Shown: one piece after another, positions 35,135-39,425 of the stretch
How positions within the stretch are numbered: the stretch's first letter is position 1
Layout: every line of letters begins with the position of its first letter
Assembly: GCA_016873575.1 (NCBI GenBank)
Contig: VGWY01000001.1
Coordinates: 1-39,425 of the forward strand
Source: Nitrospira sp.
Lineage (GTDB): Bacteria; Nitrospirota; Thermodesulfovibrionia; Thermodesulfovibrionales; SM23-35
Reading direction: 5' to 3'
Length of the DNA stretch: 39,425 bases
Position numbers and translations under genes: made by a program
The notes under the pieces: model-generated
What the model saw: the letters and a program-made list of their open reading frames with translations, nothing else
Database searches by the model: none
Told to the model about the DNA's origin: nothing

Positions 35135-35914
35135 TCAATTACCAATAAGTTCCATGAGAGTCTGTGAGTCTTTATATCCAGGAATAATCCTTCCGTCAGG
35201 GAGGATTATAGCAGGCGTGCCTGATATCCCGAGTCTTTCGGCGAGTCTTATATTTCCTTCTATGGCAGAGGTCTTACATTTTGGTTTGGGCATCGGTTTT
35301 TTCTCATATGCATCTTCAAGGATAGCAAGGGATTTTTCACAGACAATGACTTCTGATACTTCTTGCGCCCCCGAGTGCATCTTCAGCGGATACATCTTTA
35401 TATAAAAGGCAATATCCTTTCTCTCATTGATGACCTTCTTCATCTCCTGATGAAGTTTTGCGCAGTATGGTCAATAAGGGTCAGAAAAAACAATCACCTT
35501 TTTTGATGCATCTTTATCCCCCATGAGAATGGCATCATCAAGGGGAATCTGGGATATGTCAATTTTATTGATTTCAGAAAGTCTTTCCTGAGAGAGGTTC
35601 CTTTTTGTTCGAATCGCAAAGATTGCACCGGTTATCAGGTGTTGCTTTGAATAATCAATGTATGTCAACCCCTTTTTGCCACTTATTTCGATATACACCT
35701 CCCACAACCCCTTGATAGGGCTTGATTTTATATCCATCACCTTCAGGTTATTCGCCATATCTTTTAATAATACTGACGCCTCGTCATTGCTTAGCGTATG
35801 ACATTTTGAACAGTCCTGACCCTTGTCGCTAAAGGCATACGAATATGGTATAGGCAATAGCAACAACCAACCCACGATTGAGAAAAGTATTATAGTCAGA
35901 TTTTTATAGTTCAT
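35135..35914 (-). CDS. Periplasmic DsbC-like thiol:disulfide isomerase, predicted selenoprotein (Sec at TGA 35471-35473)
   Basis: Track ORFs 35471..35914 and 35135..35443 share a frame. The joined sequence VIVFSDPY-U-PYCAKLHQEM aligns with E. coli DsbC VFTDITCGYCHKLHEQM. It has a signal peptide, a DsbC dimerisation domain, a structural Cys pair and the cis-Pro loop GTPAII. A SECIS-like hairpin lies downstream. Confidence 0.8.
35438..35455 (-). promoter_or_regulatory. Candidate bacterial SECIS hairpin
   Basis: The mRNA reads CUUCAUC-AGGA-GAUGAAG, a perfect 7-bp stem with a G-containing tetraloop. The stem starts 16 nt after the UGA. Confidence 0.6.
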
Positions 35915-36135
35915 TCTGGTATCGCTGTTATTTTTACAATCATGTCAATTCTCTCTTTTGCATCTTCTTCATCCAACTTCTGGATTGCAAAGCCAGCATG
36001 AACAAGGACATAATCCCCTACCTCGAGTTCATTTTCCATGAGGAGAATGCTTATCTCCCGCTGTGCTCCGTAAACATCAACAACTGCTCTATTGCCTTCT
36101 ATACTGATTATTTTTGAAGGAACCGCAAGACACAT
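35911..36135 (-). CDS. hypC: Hydrogenase assembly chaperone HypC/HupF family
   Basis: MCLAVPSKIISIEG...GDYVLVHAGFAI. 74 aa. Confidence 0.9.
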   Translation of the reverse strand: MCLAVPSKIISIEGNRAVVDVYGAQREISILLMENELEVGDYVLVHAGFAIQKLDEEDAKERIDMIVKITAIPE

Positions 36136-36154
36136 ATATTATCAAACACTCCTT

Positions 36155-36670
36155 TCATTCAGATGTTTTTAGTTCATACTGGATTAATTCAATAATCCTT
36201 GGAATCTTTGTCTTAATTTCAGGGGAAAGTTCCATCCCCATTTTCAGGGATTTCGGTTCAATTCCTATGACTGTTGTTTGAGGGGTTTTGCCAAACAAAC
36301 CGGACAAATTGATAACCTCCAATATGCCAATCTGATGTACCGATGTCTTGAACCCGGACGGACAGCTCTGAACATCATTGATATCAAAGCGATAGATAGA
36401 ACCTGGTATTCCCCCTCCTTTTACTGCATCAATTACTATTAACCTGTCTGCCTCCGTGATAATGTTTAAAAGACGAAAACCATCAGTTCCACCCTCCACA
36501 ATTGAGACTTCAGGGGGAAAATCCAATCTTGAAAGTTCATTCACTACATGAACTCCTATCCCTTCATCAGATAATAAAATGTTGCCAACTCCAAGGATAA
36601 CAACTTTTTGGGGGGAGATGGTTTCTCCCCCCGTTTTATATGATGGAGCATGTAAAGTCAACTGACTCAT
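36155..36670 (-). CDS. [NiFe] hydrogenase maturation endopeptidase (HyaD/HybD family)
   Basis: VILGVGNILLSDEGIGVHVV...IVIDAV. There is an ATGA overlap with the large-subunit stop. Confidence 0.85.
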   Translation of the reverse strand: MSQLTLHAPSYKTGGETISPQKVVILGVGNILLSDEGIGVHVVNELSRLDFPPEVSIVEGGTDGFRLLNIITEADRLIVIDAVKGGGIPGSIYRFDINDVQSCPSGFKTSVHQIGILEVINLSGLFGKTPQTTVIGIEPKSLKMGMELSPEIKTKIPRIIELIQYELKTSE

Positions 36671-38229
36671 TCCACAATGAACTTTCTTATTTCGTTCGTC
36701 TTGGGATCAATGATATGAATCGCACAAGCCAGACAAGGATCGAATGAACGGATTATCCTAACCACATTAATCGGGTTTTCAGGATCAGGCACTGGAGCAC
36801 CAATCAGGGCTTCCTCATATTGACCACGCGTTCCATTTTCACACCGAGGCGAGGCATTCCAGGTAGAAGGCACAACTGCCTGGTAATTCTCGATCTTCTT
36901 GTTCTTTATCTTGATCCAGTGTCCCAAGGCACCTCTTGGTGGCTCAAAGAATCCAACACCCATACCGCTTTCTGGTGGATCCCAATGTTCAGTGTCGTGG
37001 ATCTTAAAGCCTGGTTTTGTCATTGCAGTCTGCAGATCATCAAGCCATTTGTAGCAGGCATCTACGATAAGCCTTGTTTCGATAGCACGTGCAGCATGAC
37101 GGGCGACTGCACCAGGTTTGGCACCTTTTTTGACCAATCCGATCAGGTCAGGATTTTTAGCGATAATCATTCTTGCTAATGGTCCGACCTCCATGGCCTT
37201 ACCGTCATAACGAGGGGCCTTGACAAAGGAATAAGCATCTTTTTTGTCGAGGTTAAATATCTGCTCACCATCATATGGATGCACAGGCTTATTTTCTTTA
37301 TACCAGGCATGTTTTACAGATTCAGTTATCTTCTTTGGATCGAATGGGTCAACTTTGATGTTTGCTGGATTTAAGCCCACAATTACACCTGCAGGAAAAA
37401 CAAGGTCTTTTCCATCAGAATCTTTTTCAAATGCACCATATGAAAGGTAATTGTAATGACCGCCACCTACACCCATCTCAGCAAGTTTCCATAATGGGCC
37501 TGTCCCGAAAGCAAGGACATCAGGGATATAGACCTCATTGATAAACTTGGCCTGTTCGTCAAGCATAGTACGGAAACGGGCTACCTGATTAATATCGGGA
37601 TATGATGTAACACCGCCTACAACAATATTCTGATAATGAGGAGTCCTGCCACCCCATATAGCACCCATATTCCTTGCCTTTGCATGCATCTTCAGGGCAT
37701 CAATATAATGCTTGACAGCAGTGATAACTATTTCTGGATCTTTCACACAGAAGTCATCTGGTTCATACCGTGGAGTAAGCGGAAAAGTATCTTTACTCTT
37801 CACTAAACCTATAATCTTATCCTTGACAGCAAGCAGGTCTTTATCCTTCCCTTTGTAGTTGGCAATAGCCATGATATCAATGTAATCAAGTGCACTCAAC
37901 TGGTAAAAATGAAGTGGGTGATCATAAATGAACTCCGCACCCATCACAAGATTTCTAATGAGTGTGCCACCCCATGGAACCTTTGCCCCAAAGGCTGCAT
38001 CTAATGCACGGGCAGAGCATACTTGATGAACACTATAGCAAACACCACAGAAACGGCTGGTTACAAAGGAGGCGTCACGAGGGTCTTTCCCTGTCAATAA
38101 GGCTTCAAACCCTCTGGCCATGGTACCACTACTCCAGGCATTTGTGACCTTACCTTTATCTATTTCTACTTCTATCTTCAGATGTCCTTCGATCCTGGTA
38201 ATTGGATCAATTGTAATTTTCTTTCCCAT
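36667..38229 (-). CDS. [NiFe] hydrogenase large subunit (group 1, Cys-type)
   Basis: ITRIEGHLKIEV, N-terminal RFCGVCYSVH and C-terminal DPCLACAIH, followed by a 15-aa cleavable tail. Confidence 0.95.
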   Translation of the reverse strand: MGKKITIDPITRIEGHLKIEVEIDKGKVTNAWSSGTMARGFEALLTGKDPRDASFVTSRFCGVCYSVHQVCSARALDAAFGAKVPWGGTLIRNLVMGAEFIYDHPLHFYQLSALDYIDIMAIANYKGKDKDLLAVKDKIIGLVKSKDTFPLTPRYEPDDFCVKDPEIVITAVKHYIDALKMHAKARNMGAIWGGRTPHYQNIVVGGVTSYPDINQVARFRTMLDEQAKFINEVYIPDVLAFGTGPLWKLAEMGVGGGHYNYLSYGAFEKDSDGKDLVFPAGVIVGLNPANIKVDPFDPKKITESVKHAWYKENKPVHPYDGEQIFNLDKKDAYSFVKAPRYDGKAMEVGPLARMIIAKNPDLIGLVKKGAKPGAVARHAARAIETRLIVDACYKWLDDLQTAMTKPGFKIHDTEHWDPPESGMGVGFFEPPRGALGHWIKIKNKKIENYQAVVPSTWNASPRCENGTRGQYEEALIGAPVPDPENPINVVRIIRSFDPCLACAIHIIDPKTNEIRKFIVE

Positions 38230-38244
38230 TTATGCTCACCTCCT

Positions 38245-39249
38245 TTAGCTATTCTCTTTTTTGAACAATCCGGCTTCTCTCATTGCCCATATATTCTTTG
38301 AGGCCTCACTCTCAGCGGTATAAAGAGGTGTCATTTCAGCATAAAAACCAGGCTCAGCACATCCCATACAAACAGCACCGCAATCAATACAGAAATTTAT
38401 TCCGTCATTCCACCTGCGAATAGGGCAATCTGAGTTCGTCATTGGTCCCTTGCAACCCTTCTTAAATAAACACCATTCCTTTTGTGCTGGATCGTTCCAA
38501 TCAATAAGAAATCTGCCAGCATCGAAATGGGCACGTCTTCTGCAATTATCATGAATTGTCTCTTTAAAGTACATTACAGGACGACCGATTTTATCCAGCT
38601 CTGGTACCTTTCCTGTTGTTAAGAAATAGAGAACTGTTCCTGCCAGATGATCTGGATGAACAGGACAGGTAGGAAGGTTAATTACTGCCTTTCCTAAAAG
38701 AGCTTTATTAAGCCCTATACCTTTAGAAGGGGTAGCTGCAGGGATACCGCCATAAGTAGCACAGGCACCAACCGCAATAATTGCTGCTGCATTCTTGGCA
38801 GCTTCCTCAAGAATTGCTTTGAAAGGACGTCCACCAACCATACAGAAGCGGTCATCAGCAGATGGAACTGAACCTTCAACAATCAAGACATAGCCGCCAT
38901 CCTTTACAGTATCATGGTAAGCCTTTTCTGCGAGATCGCCTGCTGCAGCCATTGCTGTTTCATGATACCTGAGAGATATTTTATCAAGAAGAATTGAAGA
39001 AGCACGGGGGTGAAGAATCTGGGTAAACGATATAGTACATCCTGCACAATCCTGTCCCTCGAGCCATATTACAGGTGGTTTCTTCGATGCAGCCTCCATT
39101 GCATGGGCAATCCCGGCTGCAAATTCCAGTTCTGAGAGGCCAAGGACTGCTGCTGTTGCAGCACAATACCTCAGGAAGTCTCTTCTGTTTATTCCATGAG
39201 TTTCTATGATCTCAAGGAATTCCTTACTTACGACATCCTCTTCCTTCAT
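38245..39249 (-). CDS. [NiFe] hydrogenase small subunit, Tat-exported, no C-terminal membrane anchor
   Basis: Twin-arginine signal INRRDFLRYCAATAAVLG...AHA. PVIWLEGQDCAGCTIS. Distal Fe-S Cys clusters. The C-terminus is hydrophilic. Confidence 0.95.
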   Translation of the reverse strand: MKEEDVVSKEFLEIIETHGINRRDFLRYCAATAAVLGLSELEFAAGIAHAMEAASKKPPVIWLEGQDCAGCTISFTQILHPRASSILLDKISLRYHETAMAAAGDLAEKAYHDTVKDGGYVLIVEGSVPSADDRFCMVGGRPFKAILEEAAKNAAAIIAVGACATYGGIPAATPSKGIGLNKALLGKAVINLPTCPVHPDHLAGTVLYFLTTGKVPELDKIGRPVMYFKETIHDNCRRRAHFDAGRFLIDWNDPAQKEWCLFKKGCKGPMTNSDCPIRRWNDGINFCIDCGAVCMGCAEPGFYAEMTPLYTAESEASKNIWAMREAGLFKKENS

Positions 39250-39425
39250 AAAATCACCTCCTTTTAGGTCTGGTTCTGCTTATTGAGCAGAACTTTTTCC
39301 CTCTCTTCCTTATCACCTCCCATCTCCCTTGAAGTCTAAGCTCAATACTTCATTATTTAACTTATTTTATATAATAACGTATAGGAACGAGAGGTGAAAG
39401 TCAAGATTTTTAGTGCGTAATCTAT

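Noticed and set aside
36667-38229. [NiFeSe] hydrogenase (Sec in the large subunit)
   Set aside because: The C-terminal Ni-binding motif reads DPCLACAIH with ordinary Cys codons, and the ORF has no in-frame TGA. It is therefore a Cys-type [NiFe] enzyme even though the operon ends with a putative selenoprotein.
39272-39297. Hairpin ggttctgc-ttattga-gcagaac followed by a T-run on the + strand, resembling a terminator
   Set aside because: No + strand gene ends here. The hairpin lies in the 5' UTR of the minus-strand hydrogenase operon, where the T-run becomes an upstream A-run. It may affect mRNA stability, but I cannot support a terminator call.

Overview
Gene-dense, AT-rich (about 40% GC by eye, not computed) bacterial chromosomal segment. 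It probably comes from an anaerobe: it carries a periplasmic [NiFe] hydrogenase, pyruvate phosphate dikinase and apparent selenocysteine use. A Nitrospirota/Thermodesulfovibrionia-like or Desulfobacterota-like lineage is only a low-confidence guess. All homology calls are from motif recognition by eye; no searches were run. Gene order: two YkgJ-like Cys-cluster genes flanking PAP2 and NYN/YacP genes; a minus-strand tRNA-Ile/tRNA-Ala/5S unit with no 16S or 23S; rpsF-ssb-rpsR followed by two DUF507 paralogues and an HNH gene; tilS; overlapping gltX-glnS; gpsA-larB; a TPP riboswitch with thiS-thiG-thiE-thiC-thiD; xerC-hslV-hslU; rlpA; a GAF-PAS gene with a PilB/GspE-like ATPase; ppdK; an HsdR_N-like orphan; rpsO-pnp-M16 peptidase; a small accessory islet (FmdB zinc ribbon plus two small-protein/nucleotidyltransferase pairs); purC; an RCK K+ channel; and a minus-strand hydrogenase operon (small subunit, large subunit, protease, HypC). 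The strongest find is the last gene of that operon. The ORF track splits it in two, but it reads as one DsbC homologue with an in-frame TGA exactly at the nucleophilic Cys of the CxxC site and a SECIS-like hairpin 16 nt downstream, so it is a predicted selenoprotein. Other points worth a second look: the rRNA-operon fragment lacking 16S/23S, a K+ channel with filter TVGYKE instead of TVGYGD, the two nucleotidyltransferase modules each followed by an ~87-nt repeat, a probable AUU start on the NYN gene, and at least seven families of short hairpin repeats. These repeats fill most intergenic gaps, sit inside the thi operon, inflate ORF calls and supply the C-termini of two proteins.
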